Source of the DNA: Eledone cirrhosa
Lineage: Eukaryota
Length of the DNA: 64,000 nucleotides
Direction of reading: 5' to 3'
Assembly (NCBI GenBank): GCA_964016885.1
Contig: OZ024742.1
Span: 241,304,001-241,368,000, forward strand
Within the stretch, counting starts at the first letter, position 1, and each line of letters opens with the position of its first letter. Positions 1 to 13,025 of the stretch are shown one piece after another. The translations under genes and the position numbers were made by a program. Below the pieces are notes generated by a model. It was given only the letters and a program-made list of their open reading frames with translations. It made no database searches and was not told where the DNA came from.

Positions 1-353
1 TGTGAAAGTGAGTGAGAGAGAGAGAGAGTGAGAGAGAGGGTGAGAGATTGGGAGAAAGAGTGTGTGTGTGTAGGAGAGTGAGAGAGAGAGTACGAGAGAG
101 AGAGTATGAGAGAGAGTGAGTGAGGGTGGGAGAGAGTGTGAGAGAGAGTGAGTGAGGGTGGGAGGAGTGGGAGATAGTGTGTGTGTGTGTCTGAAAAAGA
201 GAGAGAATGTATGAGAGAATTTGAGAGAGGGTGTGTGTGAAAGAGAGAGAGAGTGTGTGAGAGTGAGAGTGAGAGAGATGGTGAGAGAGTGTGTGAGAGA
301 ATGAGAGAGAGAGAGAGAAGTTGGGAGACATGGTGAGAGAGTGTGTGAGAGGT

Positions 354-411
<58 letters not shown>

Positions 412-808
412 TGAGAGAGTGCGTGAGAGGTTGAGAGAGAGAGAGAGAAGTTGGGAGACATGGTGAGAGAGTGTGTGAGAGGTTGAGAGAGAGAGATGGT
501 GAGAGAGTGTGTGAGAGAATGAGAGAGAGAGAGAGAAGTTGGGAGACATGGTGAGAGAGTGTGTGAGAGTTTGAGAGAGAGAGAGAGAGAGAGAGTGTGT
601 GAGAGGTTGAGAGAGAGAGAGAGATGGTGAGAGAGTGCGTGAGAGGTTGAGAGAGAGAGAGAGATGGTGAGAGAGTGCGTGAGAGGCTGAGAGAGAGAGA
701 GAGATGGTGAGAGAGTGTGTGAGAGGTTGAGAGAGAGAGAGAGAGTGCGTGAGAGAGTGTGTGAGAGGTTGAGAGAGAGAGAGAGAGATGGTGAGAGAGT
801 GTGTGAGA

Positions 809-849
<41 letters not shown>

Positions 850-890
850 TGAGAGAGAGAGATTGCGTGAGAGAATGAGAGAGAGAGAAA
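1..890. repeat. GA/GT-rich compound microsatellite with recurring unit GAGATGGTGAGAGAGTGTGTGAGAGGTT
   Basis: Unit recurs about 10 times between (GA)n runs. Confidence 0.9.
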
Positions 891-1295
891 CAGAAAAATC
901 AGTGTGAGTATGCGAGTGACTATTTATGAATGGTCTTCGAGTGTGAGAAAGAGTTGGAGTCAAATCGATAGACAAAGCTCAGTGTTAGAAGACAGAGTAA
1001 ATATGGAAGACAGATGCACTGATCCGTTGAACGGTCAGAGAGAGGGGCAGAAGTTGCAGACGATAGAACGTTAACTGTAATAACGAATGATAGATAGAGA
1101 GAAAGTAAGAGGTAAAGAGATAGATGAGATAAGAAAAAGCGCGGGAGATATCAAGTCAGAGAGAAGGGGTGGGTGGATGACAGAGAGAATGATAAAGAGT
1201 GAGAGAGAGAGAGAAAGAGGGGAGAGAGCGAATGATAGAGAGTGAGAGAGAGAAAGAAAGATAGAGAGTGAGAGAGAAAGATAGATAGATAGATA

Positions 1296-4200
1296 TGTTT
1301 CTTTATTAGCCACAGGAGCACAAAAGAAGGGGACAAATACAAAGGGGGAAGTTTACATACAACGTGTAAAATACTATCACAAATACAATTTAAAAGTTAA
1401 TCGATTTTCCCCAATAGGGGGAGACATTACATAATGGGTTACACATACCCCCGAAAAAAATGTGCAACCCTCATCTTCAGGAGTACGAAGAGTTTTTACC
1501 CCTTTCCTCTCCTCTTTTTCCTCAACCTACAAGCTGATATAGAGAGAAGGCCCATTCACTCGGGCCATTCTCGCCACTTTCACCCACCTTTCATAAAACT
1601 TGCTGGGGTACAGCACCTCTCTCTCCATCCTGATTCTTCTTCTAAAGTGGTATTTGAAAAAAAGAATCAGTTGTTGGACGGAGAGAAAGGTGTCTGACCT
1701 CTGCCCTTTCAACCTTGTCCACCATACAACCTCTTTCGCCATAGCTATCACACAAAGGAAGACCGCCCCTCCTTCGTTTTTGAAGGAGGGTGGCGGTTTG
1801 ATCATGATAATGGACTCGGTGGTCAACCGGATTGGAACCCCCCCCCCCCGCGACAATAGTCGTTCTACATAGCCCCACTGGTTGGTAACGCCCGGGCATT
1901 GTATGAATGCGTGCGCGACGGTTTCTTCGTCTCGCACACACCTCGGAGAGATCTTTTTTGCAGGGTCCCTGCCCGGGCGCCCATGTCTGTAGTGCTTGTC
2001 TCGAACTGGTAGAGCTCCTCGGTAGCACTGCCAGGCCAGGGACTTTTGGAAGTTGTCCATCGGTCCCGGGCGGAAGGTCCTACCGAACAGACTGGCCAGT
2101 TTGTCTTCTTCTACGCCTAGAATTTCACCGAGCGCATCGTCGCACTTGCTGCGGATCAACTCTCTATAGAATGACGAAGTGGAGTCTCCACTGATCGCCG
2201 GGTCCGCCTGCCAGAGGGCTGTGAGCGCCTGAGCACATTCGATGTGCCAGTCGCCCATTTTCCTTGGTCTTTTCTTGACCCAGGACTGCAGTTCTGTCAG
2301 CGAGACGAGTCGTGGGAAGGCTCGCCTCACGAACGGGGCCCACACCGGTTGTCCGGTGAGGAATACGTAGAGATGCCGCAGCCTGAGCGCGTGTTTGCGC
2401 ATCGTCAGCCACGGCATGCCCAGCCCCCCGTTGGAAGGGTGTTGGCAGCAGATGGATCTTCTCACCAAAGGAGCCCGCCTCTTCCAAGGGAATTTGAAGA
2501 GCGCGCGCTCCATTTTGGTGAGCGTTTTTGCTGGACACTATAAAAGTGTTCGCCACCTCCGCTCGACCTTTCAAGGATAGTTTTCACTCGGCCCACTTCT
2601 GGGTTAGTACAAACACCTTGGCCGTCACCTCGTTCCAGTTCTTCTCCACCTGGAGGTCCGCACCAAACCAGACCCCGAGCAGCTTTACCGGTCCTTCCGT
2701 CCAGCGTCCGACGACGCCATCGGAAGGCATCGGTTTGTCTCTCCACGATCCGAGTTGCAAACCAATGGACTTGTCCCGGTTCAGCTTCGCTCCTGTGAAC
2801 CTTTCGTATTCCTTCAGTAAGGTGCCGACTTTCTCGATTTACGAGGCGCTCGACACCATTACTGTCACGTCGTCGGCGTAGGCCGACGCGTTTTTCCGCA
2901 GTCCCGGTTCCAGAGGATGCCCTGCAATAGCTCCAACTTCCGCAGTAGTGGCTCGAGAGTCAGTACGTACAGAAGGGAGGAGAGAGGGCATCCCTGTCGA
3001 ATGGATCGCGTAATATGGAACGGCTCCGAGAGGTAGCCGTTCACCTTGACCCTTGAGCAGATGTTGCTGTTGTGCATTGTTGATCAGGCCTCCGAACCTA
3101 CCCTCTCTATGATGTATTGCATGAGATGGAGGCTGTCGTGTATGGACCTGGTCGGGATTGCGCATGTCTGCGCTTCTCCCACCAGGTTCTCGACGACAAG
3201 CGGCAGCCTCTTTGCCAACACCTTGGCCAAAATCTGTAACACTGTATTTAGCAGAGTTATGGGCCGGAAGTTGCCTATGTCATCCCCCTTATTCTCGTCC
3301 TTCCTGACTAGTGTGACTACGCCCTTGCCTGCAGAACTGGGAATTCTCCCGTTCTGATGCCAGTTGCAGTAGACCGCTTCCAGGAGACCGGAGAATAAGT
3401 GCGGCATTGCTACGTAAAATTCGTAGGGTAGACCGTCGAGACCTGGAGATTTGCGTATGCCGCATTGGCTCAGCGCGTCCCTCTATCTCAGCGGCTGAAA
3501 TCGGCTTTTCGCAGAACTTCGCCTCGCTGTCCGAGAGTCGCGGTAGGCCGTCGAGTTATGGACCGAAATCCATAGCCCCTCCCGGTGCGCCGCCCTGCCC
3601 GAACAGTTGAGCAAAGTGCTGCTGAAAGGCCGCACACATCTGCTTCGGCTCACGTGTCACGCGTCCGTCTTGGTCCTTCAAAACCGAATCGTGGACTTGT
3701 TGCCACATTTTGCCTCCGTCACTCGTGCCCAGCTAACAGCTTTGGCTCCCTCGTTTCCCACAGCACGTATTTTGCTTCTGACAACGCAGTCCTCGTACTT
3801 TGCGTCGAAGATCTGGTCCAAGGCTGTTCTCGTTGCTAGCACGCTGGCTACGTTGCCACTTCTAATTGCCTCTTCTACTTTAACTACCAGTTCCTTCTCG
3901 GTTCTATTTCTATCTAACGCTAATTTTTTACTAAAAACTATCGAGTCTAATCTAACTGCCCTCTTGAGAGAGTACCACCATCTGTTGTTGACAATGGCCT
4001 CTGTCAAGTGCGGTTTAACTAAAGTGCTAATCCGTCTACTGTAGGCTTTGCAAGTCGGTAACGACAAGTTCAGCTTCCAGTAGTCGGGTCCTTGTCTATG
4101 GGTTCTATCAAGGTTTACCATGCAGGTCACTAGTTTGTGATCTGAATAGGCAGCCATGAACATTTGTGGACAGCTTAACATGTCCCTATCCTTATTTTAA

Positions 4201-4304
4201 ATTAGAACCCTATCTAGGTACGATCTAGATGTTCCGCTGAGATTAGTCCACGTCCACAGTGGCACAGTCGGAAAATCTAGTCGATATCTATCGGCCAGGT
4301 CAAA
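1296..4304 (-). mobile_element. Tx1/L1-clade LINE copy A, 5'-truncated and decayed
   Basis: ORF fragments homologous to ORF2 of copy C (YSDHKLV, FRPITLLN, RQGCPLS, SAYADD, GGLG, WQCYRGALPV) with frameshifts and deletions; AATAAA at 1302-1307 (-); GATA tracts at 1280-1295 and 4306-4331. Confidence 0.93.
1527..4304 (-). pseudogene. Disrupted ORF2 (APE C-terminal part, RT) of copy A
   Basis: ORF pieces 3678-4181, 3084-3407, 2865-3077, 2839-3165 and 1527-2513 tile copy C ORF2 in different frames. Confidence 0.9.
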
Positions 4305-5008
4305 GTAGATAGATAGATAGATAGATAAATAGAGAAAGTGGGTGAGAGAGAAAGAAAGATAGAGAGTTAAAGAAAGAGAGAGAGTGAGAGAAAGAGAGAG
4401 AGTGAGAGGGAGAAAGAGAGAAAGTGGGTGAAAGAGAGAGAAAGATAGAGAGTGAGAGAGACAGAGAGAGAGAGAGGGGGGGGATGAATCAGCGCTTAAG
4501 AGTGAGAGAGATGAAGCGAAACGACTGGAGTGATGTGGCATGAATAGTAAATGAAAAGAGTTGGAGTACGGAGGAGGGGGAGTGGAGTAAGAACATGGCA
4601 GAAGACAGCGGAATAAGGTCTAGATTGAGACTAGGAAGACCAGACGGCAGAACGAAACGAAAGAGCGTGAAAGAGAGAGGGAGAGGGGGGGAGAGAGAAA
4701 GAGAGAAAGAGAGGCGAAAAAGAGAAAGAGGAAGAGAGGGCGAAAGGAAGAGAGATAGATGAAGGGGAAAGAGAGAGATAGAGAGAGAGAGAGAGAGGAA
4801 GAGAGTGAGAAAGAGGAAGAAAGAGAGAGAGAGAGAAAGAGAGAAATAGAGAGAGTATCTGTAGAGAGAAATATAAAACATACTATTGAAAGAAAGAAAA
4901 ACAAATATAAAATAGTTTTAGTAAGAAATTGGTGGTGTGGTTTAGAGAAATATTGACGGCGGTGGTGGCAGTGGAAATTGGAGTTTTCTTAACGTAAGAT
5001 TTGGTTAG

Positions 5009-5201
5009 GGCGGTGGATTGGCAGAATCGGTAGAGCGTCGGATACCCTGCTTCGCAGCATATAGTTACGTCGCTTTATTTTCTGAGTTCAAATCCCGCCG
5101 AGGTTAACTTTGCCTTTCATCCTTACGGGGTCGATAAAATAAAGTACCAGCAATGTACTGGGGTAATTGATGGCCTTGTGCCAAAAGTAGAAACAATTAT
5201 T
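5009..5201 (+). mobile_element. tRNA-derived SINE, family 1
   Basis: A-box-like TGGCAGAATCGG, B-box-like GAGTTCAAATCCC, body TTTGCCTTTCATCCTTACGGGGTCGATAAAATAAAGTACCAG, tail GCCTTGTGCCAAAAGTAGAAACAATTATT; at least 10 copies in the window. Confidence 0.88.
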
Positions 5202-5214
5202 TTAGGATAGATAA

Positions 5215-5408
5215 GGGTGGTTGATTGGCAGTATTGGTAGAGCGTCGGACACCATGCTTTGCAGCATGGAGTTTCGGCCCTTTACGATCTGAGTTCCAAT
5301 CCCGCCGAGTTTAACTTTGTCTTTCATCGTTATGGGGTCGATAAAATAAAGTACCAGTAATGCATTGAGATAATTGCTGGCCTTGTGCCAAAAGTAGAAA
5401 TAATTATT
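5215..5408 (+). mobile_element. tRNA-derived SINE, family 1 (second tandem copy)
   Basis: Same head, body and tail directly after the previous copy. Confidence 0.88.
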
Positions 5409-5680
5409 TTGCTTTTGAAGCCACCCTGTCATTCCTCATTGAATAGACCTTTGATCAAAGGACATTCAAGCCTTGATCAGATTCCGTCGTTTTAGTTGTG
5501 TCTACGAATACATTCCTTCGGTGATGTCCGTTTTCTTCTCTTTGGGGCACCATTTGAAGGGATTCTGATACGGTTTCCAGCTGATCGAGCGACTGTGTAG
5601 AGATTCCTTCACTGGCTGGAATGTAATGATTTAGAGAAGATAGACGTGCGGAAGGTTTTAGGAAAGACCTGAAAATCTGG

Positions 5681-5785
<105 letters not shown>

Positions 5786-5898
5786 TTTTAAATGTATGTT
5801 AGGATACGTTAGTTTGTATGGAAAAGCTCGTATGAGTGTGTGTGTATGTATATATATATATACACGTGTGTGTGTATGTATGTATCTATCTATCTATC

Positions 5899-6346
5899 GG
5901 TTTTCCTCTGTCTGGTGCCTATGGCGAAAGAGGTAATATGGTGGACGAGGTTAAAAGGACTGAGGGCAAACACCTTTCTCTCCGTCCAACAACTGATTCT
6001 TGTTTTTCAAACACCCCAGTAAATTCGCTGAAAGGTGGGTGAATGTGGCAAAAATGGCCCGAGTGAATGGGCCTTCTCTGTATATAAACCTGTAGATTGA
6101 GGAAGATAAACAAAGGGAAGACAGGAACACCTACAAAATGTGTTCCTGGTGCTGAGGGTGGTTCTATCCACGGGGTGTAAAACAACCCTGCAGTAACGTT
6201 CCCCCCTATTGGGGATTTCAATTGTTATTTTATTATATATAGTTTATTGTTATTTATTAATGTTAAAGTTATTTTTATGTAAAACCCCCGCCGTCACGTC
6301 TTGTAATGTCCCATTTTTGTACGCCCCAGTGGAAAATAAAGAAAGA
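5899..6346 (+). mobile_element. Tx1 3' stub S1 (ORF2 end and 3'UTR)
   Basis: VFLCLVPMAKEVIWWTRLKGL; AATAAA at 6335-6340; (TATC)n at 5883-5898 and 6347-6418. Confidence 0.9.
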
Positions 6347-6419
<73 letters not shown>

Positions 6420-6636
6420 CTCTTTCTGTCTGACGTGTGGAACATCGCCAGTAAGCTTTTTTGTTAATTTCTATGCAAAAAACCGAACTAATTGTTTGAA
6501 AAAACCTAACACTTTGTAGATTAACCCCATAGCTGAATTGTCAGCTGGGTGGTAATCCCATTTTTCGCCCCTGTAAGGGCGAACATTTTATTTTAAAAAT
6601 TTGTTTTAAAATATCAGATATTACAAACTAAATAAC

Positions 6637-8526
6637 TTGAACAACACAAGAACACTGGAGAACGTTAATAGAGAAAATAGAGAGAAAGAGGCAGATATTA
6701 ACGTTACATCCGCTTCTGCTACTATGGACGTCGCCATAGATACAAGTGTCAACAAAGAGAAAAATATATTAACACTTGAAAATTTTAAAATTTCTACCGT
6801 CGAAGCGGAGAAAAATAACAATAACACACAGGAAAACACAGGAATTAAACCCATTAACATACATACACATGAAAAAGACATCAACAACTCTACAGATACA
6901 TATACACATAATGTTTCACCTCGACAAGGAACTGAGATTTCCAACAACGATAACAACAACAACAACAGCAACACCACACAAAAAAACGAAAATGTCTTTC
7001 CCTGAAACAGTGAACAAAAAACAAGATTTTATAAATCTTGATATCTCCAACGCAAGAGATATGCTCCAGCAAGGGAGAAAATTTGTAACTTTCGAAGAAA
7101 GAGGTGGGTTTAGAATTAACTCACCCCTTGAAATAAAGGAAGACACAATCGGCAGATCAGTCACCTTTAGGACTGTGTCAAATTCCACAAGAAAGCCGAC
7201 ATTTGTTAACCAAGCAGATATAGAAGATACTTTCAAGGAAATTCTAGCAAATGTCGATTTTCTCCAGCGAGGAAAACAGTACGGAAGTGTTTCTGTACTT
7301 TTTAAAAGCGAGGCACTCGCCCCAAAAAACTCTGTGACACCAATAGTGTCAAAAGCATACACCTTTTTCCCTACGTACATGGGAAAAAGGGCACAAAAAA
7401 TAAAAATAAAAAACATACCTCCAAACATTAACATCTGGTGGATCTTGGCTGGCTTCGTAGAGCCAGAAACTGATATGATACTTTCGATACGAAAATCTAT
7501 TCGACAAAGATGGGCGGGCACATATTTGGAGATTCTGTTGCAAATGAAACCGGAGAGAATCTCCAAAATACCCGAAAGAGTCGTTATCGATAATAACAAC
7601 AAAATAAACATTTCGGAGAAGGACGAAAATTTCATTGCTTTCGCTGTGGTAGCACAGCACACCTAAAAGCCTCTTGTCCACAAACACACAACAACAACAT
7701 CATAACAAAAAAACGCTATTACCAACACCAACACCAAACAACCACCACCACCACAAGTACAACGACAGACGAAACGAGCAACCACACCAAAACAAACAGA
7801 CACTCAACCAACAACAACAGAAAAAACAGAGACAACACCCCTGAAGAACACAGCCCCACTCCATCAAACACTACCACAAACACACACACCGAAACACCAC
7901 CACCACACAACATATCCTTACCCCACACTCCTGACGATGATTATTCATCGACGGGTGAAGCTGCTTCTCCTTCTTTAAGTGAAGAAGAGGGAGAACCGCG
8001 GAAATCTAAAAGACAAAAAAAGAGACACCACAAAACCCCCAAAACTCCAATCACCAACACCAACACACAACCACAGACACAAACAACAACACAAACAACA
8101 CCACAGTCAAACATACCCCTACCAGCAAAACCAACACCAACACCATCCCAAACACAAGCACCCACCATAAAAAGAAAACTACCGGACGAACAACAAACTA
8201 AAACAACACAACAAAAACACAAACAACAATACCCATACATCAACACAAACAACAAGAGTTTGATGGCGGACATCTCCCCAAACCCCAAGGTGGAGACGGA
8301 GGATAAAACTTTCGTCAAGGCAGAATCGTCTCCACACCTTAAACTTATAAGGGTTTCTATGGAAACCTATAATGACCTAAAAAATAAATTTTCACAGGAC
8401 GTGGGCAACCCCTGCCACAAACCCATCAACAGCGTCCTGTTAAAATGTTTCCCCACCCCACCCAACACCCCATCCAGCACCCAAATGGAGATTGAACAAC
8501 CCGATCTCCAGGAAACGAAAAGGTAA
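6637..8526 (+). pseudogene. ORF1 of copy B, frameshifted
   Basis: Fragments 6637-7005, 6776-7666 and 8260-8526 match copy C ORF1 (PTYMG-R-QKIKI, DVG-PC--PIN-VLLK, MEI-QPD). Confidence 0.85.
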
Positions 8527-8567
8527 GTGCACCTTTCGTCCTTTTTCTCCAACTTTTCTTCACCAAC

Positions 8568-11500
8568 ATGGCTAGTTTACGAGTTGGAACCGTGAATGTG
8601 CGTGGCCTAGGGATGCCCTGGAAACAGGGCCAACTTTTAAACGACCTTAGGTTACACAGTATGGATGTGATAGCCATCACCGAGTCCAGGATCCACAACA
8701 GGCAGCAACTAACCCCCATCTTTGACGACTTTGAGATCTACGCATCTCTCTGTCAGCCAGGAGGTGGAGGTGGAGTGGCTGTCATGTTTCGGAAGAACCT
8801 GGACGTCGGAGTACAGCAAGTACACTTGGACCCGGAGGGTAGACTGGTAGTCCTAGACGTGAACAGTATCGGAGGTGGAGCCTTCAGTCTGGTGGCCGTT
8901 TATGCCCCGGCCGGGCAATCGCAATCACGGCCAGACTTCTTTAAGCGTCTAGAGTCTTTTCTGGGAACGTCTCGCTCCTTACTTTTAGTGGGGGACTGGA
9001 ATGGTATCCTAGATGCACGATGGGACTATGTGGCAGCAAGTCCCAGTAGAGCGGGGTGCAACAGCCTCAAAACTTTAATCGGCCAATTCCAACTGGCCGA
9101 TAGGTATCGACTGGAAATCCCGACTGCACCACAGTGGACGTGGGCAAACCGCAGTGGGACATCTAGATCGTATTTAGATAGGTTCTTCATTAGAGAAAGG
9201 GACAAGGAGATGTTAAGCTGTTCACGAATGCACATGGTTGCCTATTCAGATCACAAGTTAGTCGTCTGCTTAGTCAACCGTGATAGAATACATAGACAGG
9301 GTCCCGGATACTGGAAGCTGAACGTGTCGTTGCCGGCACGTAAAGCTTACAGTGAACGGATAAGTAGACTAGTCAAGCAACAGTTAACGGGAGCCATCGT
9401 CAACAATAGATGGTGGTACTCTCTCAAGAAAGCAATTAGAATAGAATCGATAGGGTATAACAGAGAGTTAGCCTTAGAAAAAAACAGAATAGAAAGAGAA
9501 CTAGTAGCCAAGGTAGAGGAGGCACTTAGAAGTGGCAACGCGGCTAGAGTGTTAGCGTAGAGAACGGCACTGGACCAGTTCTTCGATGTGAAACACGAAG
9601 GCTGCGTGGTCAGAAGCAGAACACGTGCTCTAGGAAACGAAGGAGCGAAAGCTGTCAGCTGGGCCTGAGTGGCAGAGGCAAAAAGTGGCAACAAGTCCAC
9701 GATTTGGTCTTTGAGAGACCAAAACGGACGCGTGCTACTTGACCCCAAGCAAATGTGCGTGACCTTTCAGCGGCACTTTGCGCGACTGTTTGAGCAGAAC
9801 GACGGTGAGCCGAACGGGGCAATGGCCTTTAGGTCATACCTCGACGGCCTGCCGCGTCTCTCGAACACGGACGCCGAGTTCTGCGAAAGACCGATCACGG
9901 ACACTGAAATACGGGACGCTCTGGGCCGCTGCGGGAAACGCAAGTCACCCGGTCTAGATGGTCTACCCTACGAATTTTACATAGGCATGCCGGACTTGTT
10001 CTCTGGCGTCCTCGAAGCCGTCTACTGCAATTGGCAGCAGAACGGGAGAATTCCCAGTTCTGCAGGCAAGGGCGTAGTAACGCTGATCAGGAAAGACGAG
10101 AACAAGGGGGACGAAATTAACAACTTCAGGCCCATAACTCTGCTCAAAATAGAGTTAAAGATTTTGGCCAAGGTGCTAGCGACGAGGTTGGCGCTTGTCG
10201 TCGAGAACCTGGTAGGGAAAGCGCAAACGTGTGCAATCCCGACCAGGTCCATACACGACAACCTCCACCTCATGCGATACATCATAGTGAGAGTGGGTAG
10301 TAAACCCGGCTTCGGTGGGGCTCTGATTAACTTGGATCAGTCTAATGCATTCGATAGGGTCGACCATCGATACTTGGAAGCGGTTCTCAAGGCGGCCGGT
10401 TTCGGTCCCGTGTTCAGAGGATGGATCGAGGCGATGCACACCAGCATCTGCTCGAGTGTCAAGGTGAACGGCTATCTATCGGAGCCGTTCGCAAAAACGC
10501 GTTCCATTCGACAGGGGTGCCCTCTCTCCTCCATTCTGTATGTATTGACTCTAGAGCCACTACTGCGGAAATTGGAGCTGTTGCGCGGCATCCCTCTAGA
10601 ACAGGGACTGCGGAAAGCGGCGTCGGCTTATGACAACGACGTGACGGTAATGGTGTCGAGCACCTCGGAAATCGGGGTGATCGGCAACTTACTCAAAGAA
10701 TACGAAACGCTGACGGGAGCAAAACTAAACCCGGACAAGTCTGTCGGTTTGCAACTCGGTACGTGAATAGGCAAACCGATGACGTCCGACAGCGTCGTTG
10801 GACGCTGGACGGACGGACCGGTGAAATTGCTCGGGGTCTGGTTCGGTCCAGACCTCCAGGTGGAGAAAAACTGGAACGAGGTCACGGCCAAGGTGTTTGC
10901 ACTCACCCAGAATTGGGCAGAGTGCAAACTGTTCTTGAAAGGTCGAGCGGAGGTGGCGAACACTTTCATAGCGTGCGCCATCTACTACCTCTTGACTGTC
11001 GTGCCTTGCCCCCGTGAACACCTCGCCAACATGGAACGCATGCTCTTCCATTTTCTGTGGAAGGAGCAGGCTACGCTGGTGAGGAGATCCGTCTGCTGTC
11101 AGCACCCTTCCAACGGAGGGCTGGGAATGCCGTGGCTGATGATGCGCAAACATGCGCTGAGGCTGCGGCATCTCCAGGTATTCCTCAGCGACCCCCAACC
11201 GGTGTGGGCACCGTTTGTGAGACATGCTTTCCCACAGCTCGTCTCGCTGACGGAGCTGCAGTCCTGGGTGAAGAAAAGACTGAAAACGATGGGCGCCTGG
11301 CACATTGAATGCGCTCAGGCGCTCACAGTCCTCTGGCAAGCGGACGCAGAAATCAGTGGAAACTCCACTTCGACATTCTATAGAGGGATTGTACCTTACA
11401 AGGGCGGCGACGTGCTCGGAGAGACTCTGGGCGTCGAAGACGATGAGCTCACCAGTCTGTTTGGTAGGACTTCTGGCTGGGACCTATGGACAACTTCCAG

Positions 11501-12002
11501 AGGTCCCTGGCTTGGCAGTGATACCGAGAAGCTCTACCGGTTCGTGACAAGATCTACAGGCACGGACACTCCGGCAGGGATCCTTCCAAGAGGACGTGTC
11601 CAAGATGCGCGCAGGACATTGAAACAGTCCTGCACGCAATTGTACACTGCCCGGGCGTGACCGACCTGTGGAACTATGCAGAACAACTGCTGTCGGGTAT
11701 GGGACAAATCCAGTTGACTGCCGAGTCCATAGTAAGGATCAGAGCGCCAGCCTCTTTCAAAACGAAAGAGAGGCTGTACAGTGGCTATGGTGAAAGAGGT
11801 TATATGGTGGACGAGATTGAGAGGACTGAGGACAGATGTCTTTCTCTCCGGACAACAATTGATTCCCTTCTTTAAGTATCACTTTAGAAGGAGAATCAGG
11901 GTGGAGAGAGAGGCACTGCACCTCAGTAAATTTACTGAAAGGTGGGTGAATGAAGCGAAAATGGCCCGAGTGATTGGGCCTTCTCTCTTTATAAGCCTGT
12001 AG
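8568..12002 (+). pseudogene. ORF2 (APE-RT-CCHC) of copy B, disrupted
   Basis: GDWN, YLDRF, SDH; in-frame stops at 9558, 9666 and about 10764; YADD changed to YDND; C-terminal frameshifts. Confidence 0.92.
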
Positions 12003-12561
12003 GTTGAGGAAGAGAGCAAAAGGAAGAAAGGAGCACTTGCACAACACGCTCCTGGAGTTGAGGGTTGTTCTATCGACGGGGTATTAAACAACCCATTTGT
12101 GGCGCCTCCCCCCTATTGGGGATTTCGATTGTTGTAATTGTCTGTTTTTATATTTTTACACGACTGTATGTAAAATCCCCGGCATGTCTTTGTATTGTCC
12201 CCTTTTCTTGTGCGCCCTTGTGTGTGTTTATGTACGTCTGCAAGGAAAGCAAACAGAAGAAATTGAAAGAATGAGAGTAAAAAGATAAAGAAAGAGAGAA
12301 AGAATTAATGAAAGAATAAAAATAAAACAAATGACTGAGTGAGGGAGAAAGACAGCAAATCATAAACAAAAACAAAACAAAACTAAAAGAAAGAAATGGC
12401 ACAACATTATGGAGTAAAACTTGTATTTCTTTATCGGTATGAATGGGAAAAGAAAGAGAAAAGGAGGGAACGAGAAAGAGAGATAAGTAATGGAATGATA
12501 TATGGATAGAGATAGACAGATACTGATAGATAAATTGATAGACAGATAGATAGATATCTTC

Positions 12562-12595
<34 letters not shown>

Positions 12596-12677
12596 CTGGG
12601 CCCGCGTGACAGAGGCCAACAGTGGAACTAAATCCACCATCCGGTCTTTGCGAGACCTGGATGGACGGGCGATTCTT

Positions 12678-12709
<32 letters not shown>

Positions 12710-13025
12710 TCTTTCTTTATTTGATAGATAGATAGATAGATAGATAGATAGACAGATAGATATATTTCTTTTATTTGCCACTAGGGCATCAAAAGTGGGA
12801 CAAGTACAAAGGGGGGAGTTTACACAAAAAGGCGTCCTCAATAAGGAGGAGGCAATAACAAAATATAAAAATAAAATAAGATATAACAAAAAATAAAATT
12901 TTTAACAAAATCCTCAATAGAGAGGAGGCGCCTTGGGGGGTCGCACACACCCCCGAAAAAGTGTGCAACCCTACTCCTCAGGAGCACAGAGAAGGGGTGC
13001 TCCCTTGGTCTTTCATCTTCCTCAC

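Larger units (their letters stand above)
6422..12222 (+). mobile_element. Tx1/L1-clade LINE copy B, near full length, inactivated
   Basis: 5'UTR, frameshifted ORF1, ORF2 with stops; 3'UTR breaks off just before AATAAA; starts right after the TATC tail of S1. Confidence 0.93.

Noticed and set aside
5009-5100. tRNA gene
   Set aside because: A/B boxes belong to a multi-copy SINE head; no full cloverleaf was seen.
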